In this document: in pieces, positions 50,292 to 62,647 of the stretch
How positions within the stretch are numbered: position 1 is the stretch's first letter
How the letters are laid out: each line of letters opens with the position of its first letter
Assembly (NCBI RefSeq): GCF_006345805.1
Contig: NC_043000.1
Span: 115,878,001 to 115,942,000, forward strand
DNA: 64,000 nt
Direction of reading: 5' to 3'
Source of the DNA: Octopus sinensis
Lineage: Eukaryota
Translations under genes and position numbers: made by a program
Notes under the pieces: generated by a model
Told to the model about the DNA's origin: nothing
Seen by the model: only the letters and a program-made list of their open reading frames with translations
The model's database searches: none

Positions 50292-50983
50292 GGTCATCTG
50301 AAAAACGCTATGAAAAAATACCGTTATATAAAGGGAAATTACTGTGTTATAATTCTGCTCGCGAACCCACGTGCGTACTTATACGTCACTATGAAAACGT
50401 ACACATCTTCACTCGCATTTTTCGTCAAATATATACGCATATATATACAAACTCATACACACACACATGCGTACCGTAAAAGTTCATACATACGTCTATA
50501 TACGCATAAGCACAAGAAAAACCATGGTTAAAGGTAACAGAAAAAAACATAAGTAAGTATACAAAGCATAAAATCCACGTTCATATACGGACATGCCCCT
50601 ATGCACTCATACTCACACACGCCCATATATGTACATACCCGCACATATTTATATACGCATACATACACACGCATATACAAAAAATGAATATACATATGTC
50701 CCCCCCCCCAAAAAAAAATGGAAAAACACTAAGTAAAAACGTCTATATATATATGTGCATTCTTATGCCCGCACACACGCACACATTTAAAACTGCCCAC
50801 TCATACATATTCACACATGTGTACAAATGAATCTATATACACATCTATATAGGCACAGGAAAAAATGCAGGATAGAAAAGTACAGAAAAAATTATTATGT
50901 GTGAAAATATAAAAATATATATGAAATAATAAAAGGTATAATGAGATAAAAAACTTTTTGGAACATAATATAGAAAGCAAGTT

Positions 50984-51545
50984 CTATCTGTTTTCTTTAG
51001 GGGACCAAAAACGTAACAAAAATTTAGTCACATATGGGCATAAACCGAAAAGTTCTGTCCTTGAGTTTAGACATGTAGTAGGGTCTAAGCTGCTTTTCCA
51101 GATAAGCCATCTCTCCATGTCGCATAGACCGCACCTTCCGCTGCCGTTGGTGTAGGGCTTACATTTGGCCAAAATCTTCCAATGGATGTTATAATCGACA
51201 CCTTTATCTTTTAAAGACCAAATATGATTAGATAATTTTGTCGCTTTTCTTTTGTTCCAGTGCCTAAAACTCAAGGTGTGGTTATTGAACCTGGCCTTGA
51301 AATTACCCTCTGTAAGGCCCACGTATTTCTTCGTCGAAACGGTGTCTTTAGTGGTTATAGAGTCCACGGTAGCTTCATAGATGATGGTCTCGGACATGCA
51401 AGCTCCATTTAGCGGGCACAATTTTTTATTCCTGCATGAACAGCTGTTTTCTTGTGGTTTTTGTGTGTTATGTGTGATTATATTTTTAAAATTGGTAGTA
51501 GAACTAAAACTAATTTTTAAATTGTGTTTATTGAAGAGTTTATTG
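50984..51545 (-). pseudogene. C-terminal GIY-YIG endonuclease of a Penelope-like element (RT missing)
   Basis: FNKHNLKISFS, CSCRNKKLCPLNGACMSETIIYEATV..KYVGLTEGNFKARFNNH..LSNHIW..C.LC..E..LNSRTEL. Confidence 0.9.
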
Positions 51546-51851
51546 AACGTGGTTTTATGCTTTGTATACTTCCTTATGTTTTTTTCTGTTACCTTTAACC
51601 ATGGTTTTTCTCGTGCTTGTGCGTATATAGACGTATGTATGAACTTTTACGGTACGCATGTGTGTGTGTATGAGTTTGTATATATATGCGTATATATTTG
51701 GCGAAAAATGCGAGTGAAGATGTGTACGTTTTCATAGTGACGTATATGACGTATACGTTTTCATAGTGACGCACGTGGGGCCGCGAGTAGAATTATAACA
51801 GTAATTTTCCTTTATATAACGGTATTTTTTCATAGCGTTTTTCAGATGGCC

Positions 51852-51914
51852 AGATAACCGAAGAGATGGTGTTGTGGATTTCTACTTCGGCATCTGAAAC
51901 TCAGAGTTTTATCT
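51852..51914 (+). ncRNA. Hammerhead motif (U4C variant) in inverted PLE terminal repeat, copy 2
   Basis: Same fold as copy 1; internal hairpin GUGG/CCAC has become GUGG/CUAC (G-U wobble). Confidence 0.5.
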
Positions 51915-52734
51915 TGACTATTGAGTAAATGTAACATATTAGTTTATAGATAAATTTCCTCTATTTACACAATATTGAGGTCTCTTTCTTTCTTTTGTTA
52001 TCTTACCGTTATCTTCGGATTAACAGTTAATGCTCAGGCGAAACTTGTAGACGTGTTCTTCAGAGACAGGCTGTGGTTTAGCAAAGTTGGTCATTGACTT
52101 AAGGAAGTAAAACGCATGTTTATTAAATGTTTTCCTGTAGTATATTTTCAAACCCAGTATGTCTGTAATTTTGTTGGTTATAGCCCATTCACAGCGAATG
52201 AAATTATATGCAACTATGCAAATGTAGTGGCTGTTACTCCTCAGTTTTCTCACTTGTAGATGTAAACTACTGTATACCAGCATATATTCCTCACTCTATC
52301 TCTCTCTCTTTCTTTTTATCCCCATCTTCCGCCTCTTTCTATCTCTCATACAAACTTTCTTTCCCGCTTCTTTCTCTGTGTAAAACAGTTACAGATGATA
52401 AATGATTGTAGATCAACGCCGAAATTACCCAATTTGCTAACGCGAAATGTATTAGACAATTTCAGATTAATCTACAGGGAAGAAAAAGTGGTTAATTGGA
52501 AGAGTTAAATCAAATAATATATTCTGCTGACCATGCATGCTGTTTAGTTTAGGAAGAAACTGTTTGCCATGATAAAAGGTTACGATGATTAAAATAATGT
52601 ACCTATGGCTATGCTAAAACATGATCGTTCTTTAAGATATATAAAATCCTTCATAGATCTTAAAACATTTAAGTATGTTTACACGGACCCACAATTACAT
52701 GCTCATAAAAGCGCATTCAACAGTTTTTGTCGTT

Positions 52735-53160
52735 TATTTTTTTACTTGTTTCAGTCATTTGACTGCGGCCTTGCTGGAGTACCGCCTTGAAGGGTTTTAG
52801 TCGAACAAATCGACTTCAGGACTTACTTTTCAAGCCTAGAATTTTTTCTATCGGTCTCATTTGTCGAACCGCTAACTTAGGGGATGTAAACACATCAACA
52901 CCGGTTGTCCTGGCGTTACGGGGGTGGGGGTGGGGGAACAAAAACAGGCGCAAAGACACACAAACATAAATATATACATATATATATCTGTATTTACAAC
53001 GAGCTTCTTGCAATTTCCTTCTTACAAATCCACTCATAAGGCTTTTGTCGGGCCGAGGTTTCTGTTGAAGACACTTGCCGAAGGTGCCACGGAATGGGAC
53101 TGAGCCCGGAACCATGTGACGGGGAAGCAAGCTATTTACCACACATCCATGCTTGCACCT
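52735..53160 (-). mobile_element. Composite A+B SINE
   Basis: B tail 52735-52960, A head 52995-53160. Confidence 0.85.
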
Positions 53161-53349
53161 ATATTGAAGGGGTTAAATGAAAGAGACTTTTTATTGAGGT
53201 TTTCGTCTGTTACTCTAAATCATCAGGAATTATCATTTCGGGGCTAAACTGAAAGAACCCTTCACCCCCCACATATGAATATGTATAAGTATATGTGTGT
53301 GCGTGTGTGTTTCTGTGTGTGGATGTATTTATATGTGTGTGTGCGTGTC

Positions 53350-53570
53350 TCTATTTTTGCCCCCCCCAACCACTTGGCAACGGGTGTTGGTGCGTTTAAG
53401 TCCCCTTAACTTAGGGGTTCGGCAAACAGAGTGATAGAATAGGCTTTAAAAAAACAAACAAAGGAAAAACAAAAATTAGGACTGGGGTCGATTCGTTCGA
53501 CTAAAATCCTTCAAGGCGGTGCCCCAGTATGGCCGCAGTCTAACAAGTGCAACAAGTAAGAGATAAAAAA
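53350..53570 (+). mobile_element. Family B SINE tail
   Basis: GGCAACGGGTGTTGGTG..GGGGTCGATTCGTTCGACTAAAA..GGCGGTGCCCCAGTATGGCCGCAGTC. Confidence 0.8.
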
Positions 53571-53584
53571 TTTCCAATGGAAAT

Positions 53585-53965
53585 GTTATGTGGTAAGTAG
53601 CTTGTTTACTAACTATATGGTTCTGGGTTCGGTCCCACTGCGTGGCAACTTGAGCAAATATCTTCTACTATAGCCTCGGGCCGACCAAAGCCTTGTGAGT
53701 GGATTTGGTAGACGGAAACTGAAAGAAGCCCGTCGTATATATGTATATATATGTGTGTTTGTGTGTGTGTGTGTTTGTCCCTCCAACATCGCTTGACAAC
53801 CGATGCTGGTGCGTTTACGCCCTCTTCACTTAGCGGTTCGGCAAAAGGGACCGAGAGAATAAGTACTAGGCTTACAAAGAATAAATCCTGGGGTCGATTT
53901 GCTCGACTAAAAGGCGGCGCTCCAGCATGGTCACAGTCAAATGACTGAAACAAGTAAAAGAGTAT
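53585..53965 (+). mobile_element. Composite A+B SINE, well preserved
   Basis: A head, short (TA)/(TG), B tail ending CAGTCAAATGACTGAAACAAGTAAAAGAGTA. Confidence 0.92.
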
Positions 53966-54378
53966 CTTATTGAAGTTTCCTCAATGCTTGAAGCCAAATT
54001 TTATCAGTTCCCTCAACACCTGGCTCTGTAGAGCGGTCATTTAGGCATTGAAGAGATTTTAAACTTAGCAAAGTAATTCAATAGCAGAGGAATTAGTTTC
54101 AGGGTTAGGACTTTTATTAATTACAAATGATTTATTCCAATAACTAATTAAAACGAAAGGTTTCTGCGAATATGTAAAAATATATAATGATCGAAGTATG
54201 GAATTGATTTATAAATGATGTAAGTGAATAATGAATGATAATTTGTAGGTCTTTCTTTTATTTTAGACTTATTAAACAGCGGTCCCCGGGGCCATGTTAC
54301 GAAACTAAATGGTTTCTCTTAATGAAATAATTTCAAATTTGATTCAGCTGAATGACCAACCTCAAAAGTCACTGTACG

Positions 54379-54441
<63 letters not shown>

Positions 54442-54941
54442 TGTATATATAGGTATATACATATATATATATATATTTATATATATAAGTGTATATATAT
54501 TTATATATGTATATATACACACATACGCACAAACTCAGACACATACATACATACATACAAACACACATCAACTCGCGCGCACACGCATATATGTGGGTAT
54601 GGGTGTATATAGAGGGATGAGTATACAGTGCAAAAGTTGACGACTTTAAAACGTTCGCCGATGGTCATCTTTGACAGACGGAGACGAAACTGACCATCGG
54701 CCATGCTTTGATAACTCCGACTATCAATCTTTCCTTCTAAATATGCCTGTTGGGTGTATGCGTTTGTCTGTCTGTCTGCCTGTCGAGCTATCTGTCTGTC
54801 TGTCTGTCTGTCTCTATCTCTCACTCCCGCGCTTTCCGTCCCTCTCTCACTCTCTCCCTTTCCCCTCTCCTCTGCAATTTGCGCGCGCACGTATGTGACT
54901 ATTGTACTTTACCTAGTGCTCAGTAAATATTTGCAGACAAT

Positions 54942-55009
<68 letters not shown>

Positions 55010-55049
55010 ATCTATCTAATCTGTCTGTCTGTCTGTCTGTCTGTCTAAT

Positions 55050-55197
55050 GGTAGGAGTGGCTGTGTAGTAAGTTGCTTGATTACCAACCACATGGTTCCG
55101 GGTTCAGTCCCATTGCGTGGCACCTTGGGCAAGTGTCTTCTACTATGGCCTCGGGCCGACCAAATCCTTGTGAGACTGAAACAGAAAGAAGTTCAGC
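55050..55197 (+). mobile_element. Family A SINE head
   Basis: GGTAGGAGTGGCTGTGTAG..GCGTGGCACCTTGGGCAAGTGTCTTC. Confidence 0.88.
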
Positions 55198-55245
55198 GTA
55201 CCTAGTCGTTTAGATCACGTGTGAATTAAACCCCCATATTTCGTG

Positions 55246-55283
<38 letters not shown>

Positions 55284-55290
55284 TATGTAT

Positions 55291-55439
55291 ACGACGGGCT
55301 TCTTTCAGTTTCTGTCTACCAAATTCACTCAAGGCTCTGGTCGGACGAGGCTATAGTAGAAGACACTTGCCCAAGGTGTAACGCAGTGAGACTGAATCTG
55401 GAACCATGTGGTTGGGAAGCAAGCTTCTTACCACACAGT

Positions 55440-55440
<1 letters not shown>
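55291..55440 (-). mobile_element. Family A SINE head, inverted relative to 55050-55197
   Basis: Reverse-complement match, ~95 bp away. Confidence 0.88.
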
Positions 55441-55472
<32 letters not shown>

Positions 55473-55575
55473 ATCTGTGTATATATATGTATGCATATAT
55501 ATATGAGTATATGTATGTATATATATATGAGTATATATATATATATATATATATGCATGTATATGCATACTAATA

Positions 55576-55750
55576 TCTGCCGTTACGTTCTGAGTTCAAA
55601 TTACGCCGAGGTCGACTTTGTCTTTCATCCTTTCGTGGTCGATTAAATAAGTACCAGTTATGCACTGGTGTCGATGTTGTCGACTTAATCTCTTTGTCCT
55701 TATTTGTCCTCTCTATGTTTATCTTCTCTGCCCATGTAGGCAATAAATAA
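55576..55750 (+). mobile_element. Family C SINE, 5'-truncated
   Basis: TACGTTCTGAGTTCAAATT..GAGGTCGACTTTGTCTTTCATCCTTTCG. Confidence 0.85.
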
Positions 55751-55812
55751 ATAAATAAATATATATATATATATATAATCTCACACACACACAGACACAC
55801 ACACACACATAC

Positions 55813-55843
<31 letters not shown>

Positions 55844-55854
55844 AGTGAGAAAGA

Positions 55855-56140
55855 CGGTGACCGTCTCACATTTGTAGTGATAGTGAGAAATCTGTCATTG
55901 GGTTTAAGTGACAAAAAACTTGTAGAACGCTTCTACCACGCTCTCGGTCGCCATAGTGAGTTCCAGTGACAAGCATTGCAAGATGACCATCACCACTTGG
56001 ACTGCAATTTGTATATCAGAGTTTCTTTCACCTAGAAGAGCTGCCATCACCGAAGATTCAACAAAAACAACGGTGGCTTACTCTAGTCCTGGGAAATCTG
56101 TTTAACCCAGGGATGGGACCCTTACTAGTTCTACTGCCTT
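55855..56140 (-). mobile_element. RTE-clade LINE 5' end (5' UTR and start of APE domain)
   Basis: GGCAGCTCTTCTAGGTGAAAGAAACTCTGA resembles the RTE 5' UTR motif (recall); followed by FLTITTNVR, like the APE-start T(W/F)NVR. Confidence 0.55.
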
Positions 56141-56524
56141 GGGTCAGAAAAACATGAATGTAATGGTTATTAAGGGGTCAATTTACGCCCTCAATAACTC
56201 CTAAACTGCCGTAATTAAAATGGCATTTATCTGTAGCATTAATATTTTTCCAATTCGTCTATACCGGAAATAACATGTTTGTGTAAACAGTCTAGACATT
56301 TATCTACTTATCACAATCAGCGTACATTGTTGTGGTGAACAAAATGTCCGCTGATTAATTGCGTCTTAACGAATCTGTCCACATCTGTTTTTCCTGTATA
56401 ATTGTTTCTTCCTTACATATACTTTTACTGATTGTTATTTCTATGCAGTCTTCTCTTTCTTCCTCTCTCACACTCCTTTTATATCTCTCGCCAACACTCA
56501 CTATCTCTCTGTAGATTCCATAGT

Positions 56525-57294
56525 CTTTTTTTCAAGTCGTAAGTCAACAAATACACTGGCAAACACAGGGCCCACTCCCTGCATGGGTAAAACGACAAAA
56601 TCTTGCCTGGTAAAGTCATGTATCCCACCTCAACTCTTTGTGAAAGGCAGAAGAGTCCAGTATGCTGGATATTGTTGTAGAGCTGAAAACGAGGTAATTT
56701 CTACTCTTCTCCTCTGGAAGCCATCTGCTCGCGATACCAGAGGGCGCACACTCTCCTACCCTGATGTAATCTCCAGGGATACAGGCATCCAGCAACAGGA
56801 CCTCCGTAATGCTATGATGGACCGTGAAGTCTGGCGTAACGTAGTAAATTCCATTGTCTCGACCACGGTCGAACATTGATGATGATGATCTTTCTGTATA
56901 TATGTATATATTAGATATTAGTTACATTAATGGTAGACTACATCAAATTAAATACTTAGAAATATATGAAAACATCATCATCGTCAAGATCCCTTAACTG
57001 ATATAACCAGTGCCATTCTAGATGTTTTCGTAGTCAGCTGTCATCGCTGGCCTCTGTTCTCTGTCATACGTAGCGAGCTCATAGGGGTGTGACCTGTCCT
57101 GTCCTTGATGTTGTCAAACCATGATTTTCTCATTCTGTCTCTTCCTCGCTCTCCTTCAACTGGGAAAAATTGTTTTGGACAAAGAGTTGAGGTGGGATAC
57201 ATGACTTTACCAGGCAAGATTTTGTATTTTTACTCATGCATGGAGTGAGCCCTGTGTTTGCCAGTGTATTTGTTGACTTAGACCTGAAAAAAAA
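56525..57294. mobile_element. Two different RTE-type LINE 3' ends tail-to-tail, bracketed by a ~115-bp inverted duplication
   Basis: Plus: RRVQYAGYC..LLLWKP..RGRTLSYPDVISRDTG..AMMDREVWR + (TGA)n; minus: VEGERGR.R.RKSWFDNIK.RTG + (GAT)n; 56525-56641 mirrors 57178-57294. Confidence 0.8.
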
Positions 57295-57379
57295 CCCCGT
57301 TCATTTTGTGCTCTGTGTACAGGATGTGTAGCATACTTTAAAATCATTTGTGCTGAAAGGGTTCTTATCTAAAGCTTAC

Positions 57380-57397
57380 CAAAGCACAAACTGTTAT
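57380..57397 (-). CDS. Candidate 18-nt symmetric microexon (D-N-S-L-C-F)
   Basis: Acceptor TCACTTTTTCGACTCCCATATCTTCTGACAG, donor TTG|GTAAGC, phase 1 to phase 1. Confidence 0.35.
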
Positions 57398-57497
57398 CTG
57401 TCAGAAGATATGGGAGTCGAAAAAGTGACTAAAGGGGCCAATTACTTATGATATTAATAGAAAGCACAGTAAAAACTTTTAAAAGCACTTAGCTCAC

Positions 57498-57559
57498 CAG
57501 TCAGTGGAAGACATAGGGATATAATCATCTGCCAGGTCTCTTCATAAGAAACATAATTC
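57498..57559 (-). CDS. Candidate 62-nt coding exon (NYVSYEETWQMIISLCLPLT)
   Basis: Acceptor TTGTTTTGAAATCTGTTCCAG|G, donor CTG|GTGAGC; phase 2 in, phase 1 out. Confidence 0.4.
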
Positions 57560-57784
57560 CTGGAACAGATTTCAAAACAACTGGTTTCAGAATTTCATAT
57601 AAATTGTAAAGAAGTAATCAAAACTAGTGTCCGTACTCATTGATTTATATAGGGAACTTTTTAATCTGACCCATATGTGAATATGGCGCCCTTATGGTTT
57701 TGTTAGGGATCTGAGGGCCCATGACAAAGCAAGTACAATCCTTAGGTTTGTGATGAACGTCATGTCTCATTAGGTCAGACTCTA

Positions 57785-58020
57785 ACGCGGTTTCCGTTTC
57801 GTATAAGTGATAGAGGTTACAACATTATCCCCTTAATGGGACGCCGGTTCATCGCAAGATTAACTTTCCAGTTATTACTGGGACTCATTTACAGCTGGAT
57901 CGGTTGAAGCAACACGACATTAAGGCCCTTGTTCAAGAAACACTGTACTATCTGGTTCGAGAATCGAAACTACGAATTTACGACTGCGACTGCAGCATTC
58001 TATTCGCCGAGCTACATCCC
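57785..58020 (-). mobile_element. Old tRNA-derived SINE with CORE/V-like central blocks
   Basis: Head GAGGGATGTAGCTCGG..GTTTCGATTCTC; TGTTTCTTGAACAAGG; CCAGCTGTAAATGAGT; GCGATGAACCGGCGTCCCA (domain naming from recall). Confidence 0.55.
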
Positions 58021-58884
58021 TCACAGCTACAACACTACTCTCGTTTACACATTGAGGTTAGGCATTTGCATCTAAGTGGAGTTAAACTAATTAACTATCT
58101 TGGCTACAAAGACCGCTAGAGACTGCCATTCCCGTATAGAAACCATCCACATTGCTGTCGCATTTTCCTCCAGCTATCGACTCATCAAGCGTGTCTTTCT
58201 AATATTAGATGATTATTACGTTTACATACATAACAATATTTTTTATGTAGATAATTATAAATTTTTACATATAACGAGGTAAAGATATTACATTAGATAC
58301 ATCTTCTAATATTATCTGCAGGTCAGAATGAATAATAAATATATAAACGGAAGTGCTTCAAGAAATATCTGTTCTGTTTTTAGAAAACACGCACACAGAC
58401 TCGTTCAACCTCACATGAACACACACAGTAATATAATGACACATAATAGACACCTACTATTATCTTTATGCATTGTCTCTACACCTATATACGTACTTAC
58501 AAATATTATAAATATATTTAAGTACTTACAGATATAAACAAATTGCAAAGCGCTGTATTATATCAGACATAAACAATGAGATGATTACGTGTAATTCTCA
58601 CCATTCAAATCAAGATTGCTATGAAAATTGGCTTCATTTAAAGCTAATCTGAAATTCTTTATCAGCAATGTAGAAACTAGAAAGTTTCACGAAATTCTCA
58701 GAGTTTAGCTACATTCTATATCACCAGCTGAAGTGTGTTGAAGGTATAACAAGAGTAATATTGTGTTCTAATGCTTGTCAGCTCATGGAGTTTCAAATAT
58801 AGCTTTACTTCACCTGAAATTTACCAGATATTAACTTACATGTCTATGGGAAAATATGATCATAGTAGGCGAGTTGTAATAATC

Positions 58885-59995
58885 GTTTTAAATTTTGCCA
58901 CAAGGGCAGCCATTTTGGTGGGAAGGGATAAGTCGATTACATCGGCCCCTGTGATTCATTGGTACTTAATTTATCGACTCTTAAAGGACGAAAAGCGAAG
59001 TCGACGTAGCGGCAGACTAAATACTGCTAAGCATTTCACCCAGCGTGCTGACGTTTCTTATTTCTTTACTGCCTACAAGGGGCTACACACAGAGGGGACA
59101 AACAAGGATAGACAATGGGATTAAGGCGATTATATCGATCACAGTGCGTAACTGGTACTTAATTTATTGACCCCCGAAAGGATGAAAAGCAAAGTCGACC
59201 TCGGCGGAATTTGAACTCAGAACGTAGCGGCAGACGAAATACCCATTTCTTTACTACCTACCGACTTTGCTTTTCATCCTTTCGGGGGTCAATAAATTAA
59301 GTACCAGTTACGCACTGTGATCGATATAATCGCCTTAATCCCATTGTCTATCCTTGTTTGTCCCCTCTGTGTGGAGCCCCTTGTAGGCAGTAAAGAAATA
59401 AGAAACGTCAGCACGCTGGGCGAAATGCTTAGCAGTATTTAGTCTGCCGCTACGTCGACTTCGCCTTTCGTCCTTAATCGTACTTAATTTATCGACTCTT
59501 AAAGGACGAAAGGCGAAGTCGACGTAGCGGCAGACTAAATACTGCTAAGCATTTCGCCCAGCGTGCTGACGTTTCTTATTTCTTTACTGCCTACAAGGGG
59601 CTACACACAGAGGGGACAAACAAGGATAGACAATGGGATTAAGGCGATTATATCGATCACAGTGCGTAACTGGTACTTAATTTATTGACCCCCGAAAGGA
59701 TGAAAAGCAAAGTCGACCTCGGCGGAATTTGAACTCAGAACGTAGCGGCAGACGAAATACCCATTTCTTTACTACCTACAAGGGGCTAAACACAGCGAGG
59801 ACAAACAAGGACAGACAAACGGATTAAGTCGATTACATCGACCCCAGTGCGTAACTGGTACTTAATTTATCGACCCCGAAAGGATAAAAGGCAAAGTCGA
59901 CCTCGGCGGAATTTGAACTCAGAATGTAACGGCAGACGAAATACGGCTGCGCATTTCGCTCGGCGGGCTAACGATTCTGCCAGCTCGCCGCCTTA
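58885..59995 (-). mobile_element. Family C SINE array containing a forward-inverted-forward triplication
   Basis: 58962-59260 and 59480-59778 are 299-bp direct copies; 59262-59477 is the inverted copy of 58981-59197. Confidence 0.92.
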
Positions 59996-60496
59996 AAGGT
60001 AGAAAAGCCATCGGTTCGTATTGAATGTATGATAGTACGTACTGAAATAAACAAGCCACAATTCGCTCGTAATTGCTTACATACAGTAACAAGGAACCAC
60101 GTCTATGATTATGGTTGGGTGGTACATCTTGTGGGAAACGTATACAGCGAAGCAACTGCATTAAGACGTTTAAAACGGTATCTACCCAGGAGGCAGAAGT
60201 AACATCCATCGAACATTCTATCTGGATTAGGTTTCTCTCTCTGTAATATATGTTTATTTTTATAACATAGTTTGTACATTTTGGACATGTTACAAATAGC
60301 ACCACTTAAATATTGATATATTTCGACCAGGCACGAAGCCGATTACTGGTATTAGATTACAATCTTGTTTCTTTCTCTTCTCCGAAAATATGTTACGTAA
60401 TATACGTGTGTACACACACACACAAACACACACAGACATACACACAGTTACTCAGGTGCGTGCGTCCGTAAATATATACATAGATATCAGTGTAGG

Positions 60497-60529
<33 letters not shown>

Positions 60530-60779
60530 TTATACAGCGAGAGAGAGAGAGAGAGAGCGAGACAAAGGAGAGAAATAAAGAGGGAGAGAGAGGAAGAAGA
60601 AGAAAGGTAAATACGTGTGTATGTATATGTAGATATGTTTACAAATACATATGGAGATGCGTATATATTCATATAGTTGAATGTATAATCGTCAATATTT
60701 GTTTTCATGGACACACACGCACAAGCACACACACACACATACACACACACACACCCCGCGCACACATATATACATATAT

Positions 60780-60942
60780 ACGACAGGCTTCTTTAATTTT
60801 CCGTCTAACAAATCCACTCACAATGCTTTGGTGAGCCCGAGGCTATAGAGGAAGACACTTACCCAAGGTGTCACGCAGTGAGACTGAACCCGGAACCATG
60901 TGGTTGGTAAGCAAGCTACATACCACTCAGCCACTCCTGCGC
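60780..60942 (-). mobile_element. Family A SINE head
   Basis: Reverse complement of GCGCAGGAGTGGCTGAGTGGTATGTAGCTTGC.. Confidence 0.9.
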
Positions 60943-60963
60943 ATATATGTATATATACATATA

Positions 60964-60999
<36 letters not shown>

Positions 61000-61529
61000 T
61001 GTATGTATGTATGTATGTATGTATGTATGTATGTATGCATGCATGCATGCATGTATGTATGTATGCATGCATGCATGCATGCATGTATGTATGTATGTAT
61101 GTATGTATGTATGTATGCATGCATGCATGCTTGCATGCATGCATGTATGTATGTTTGTATGTATGTATGTATGTATGTATGTATGTATGTATTTACACTC
61201 ACACACATGCGTATATGTATATATAAGAAGAGAGAAAATACGATAACCCATTATACATTATTCGACTTAGGTTGCTAAATATATTTACTTCTACAAGGAG
61301 TCTGTATTTATATTCGTATGTCTACCGCAGTCTTAGCTTATCTCTATCGCTATTTACATCACGTATTTTGTTGCATATCATATTTGCTTGGCATAAGCAA
61401 TAACTGTAACCAGGAGACGATGTCGTAACGTTTTGAAAACATCCTCAGTACACGTGCAGTTTGAAATGTGCTGTCGTTCTACGCATAAATTGATTTTGCT
61501 AATTGGCATCTCTTCTCTATTTCTCTCAT

Positions 61530-61945
<416 letters not shown>

Positions 61946-61949
61946 AACT

Positions 61950-62150
61950 ATCAGGGAGAGTCAGTGTGACACAGAGTGTGACAAGACTTGCCCCTTTGAA
62001 ATACAAGTGCTACTCATTTTTGTTAGCTGAGTGGACTGGACCAACGCGAAATAAAGTGTCTTGCTCAAGGACACAATACGTCGCCGGGAATTGATCTCAC
62101 GACCATATGATCGTGAGCCGAATGCTCTAACCACTAAACCACGCATCTTC
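61950..62150 (-). mobile_element. tRNA-derived SINE, family E
   Basis: Minus head TGGTTTAGTGGTTAGAGCATTCGGCTCACGATC..GAGATCAATTCCC, then TGTGTCCTTGAGCAAGACACTTTA. Confidence 0.85.
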
Positions 62151-62159
62151 ACACACACA

Positions 62160-62370
62160 TTTTTATCTACTCTAGACAGAAGGCCCGAAATTTTGGGGGA
62201 CGGAGCCAATCAATTAGATCGACCCCAGTACAGAACTGGTACTTAATTTATCGACCCCGAAAGGATGAAAGCCAAAGTCGACCTCGGCGGAATTTGAACT
62301 CAGAACGTAACGGAAGACCAAATACCGCTAGGCCTTTCTCCCGGCGTGCTAACATATTTGCCAGCTCACC
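62160..62370 (-). mobile_element. Family C SINE, alternative-tail subfamily
   Basis: Family C core, but the tail reads CCCCCAAAATTTCGGGCCTTCTG instead of the GTTTAGCCCCTTG tail. Confidence 0.85.
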
Positions 62371-62391
62371 ACACACACACACACACACACA

Positions 62392-62562
62392 CCACACATT
62401 TATTTATATATTATACAATATATTTCACGTAAACCCGAAATTTCTACCTTTGAAAACAAGGAGTTACAACATTTTTACCTGTGTGATTTTTGACTAACCT
62501 GGTGACTATTTATATATTTTTCCGAGTTAATTGTTAACAAAGGAAAAATACACACACATACA

Positions 62563-62647
<85 letters not shown>

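Larger units (their letters stand above)
50201..51941 (-). mobile_element. 5'-truncated Penelope-like element with inverted terminal-repeat copy
   Basis: GIY-YIG ORF on minus; 50201-50582 is the reverse complement of 51545-51941. Confidence 0.9.

Noticed and set aside
54657-54701. 11-bp hairpin GCCGATGGTCA/TGACCATCGGC enclosing GAAAC, considered as a hammerhead
   Set aside because: No CUGANGA-type core or stem II in correct register; kept only as an unexplained small hairpin.
55960-56140. Possible HDV-like ribozyme in the RTE 5' UTR
   Set aside because: I found only simple hairpins (GCCACCG/CGGTG..GGC), not the nested double pseudoknot; needs a descriptor search.
60081-60240. Minus-strand open frame IECSMDVTSASWVDTVLNVLMQLLRCIRFPQDVPP.. 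with GTATGT/GTAAGC donors; the GTATGT donor would be in phase with exon 57498-57559
   Set aside because: Acceptor lacks a pyrimidine tract; worth including in an RNA-seq check but not supported enough to list as a feature.
61410-61450. Minus-strand CUGAGGA..AAACGU resembling a hammerhead
   Set aside because: G12 missing and stem I cannot pair in register.
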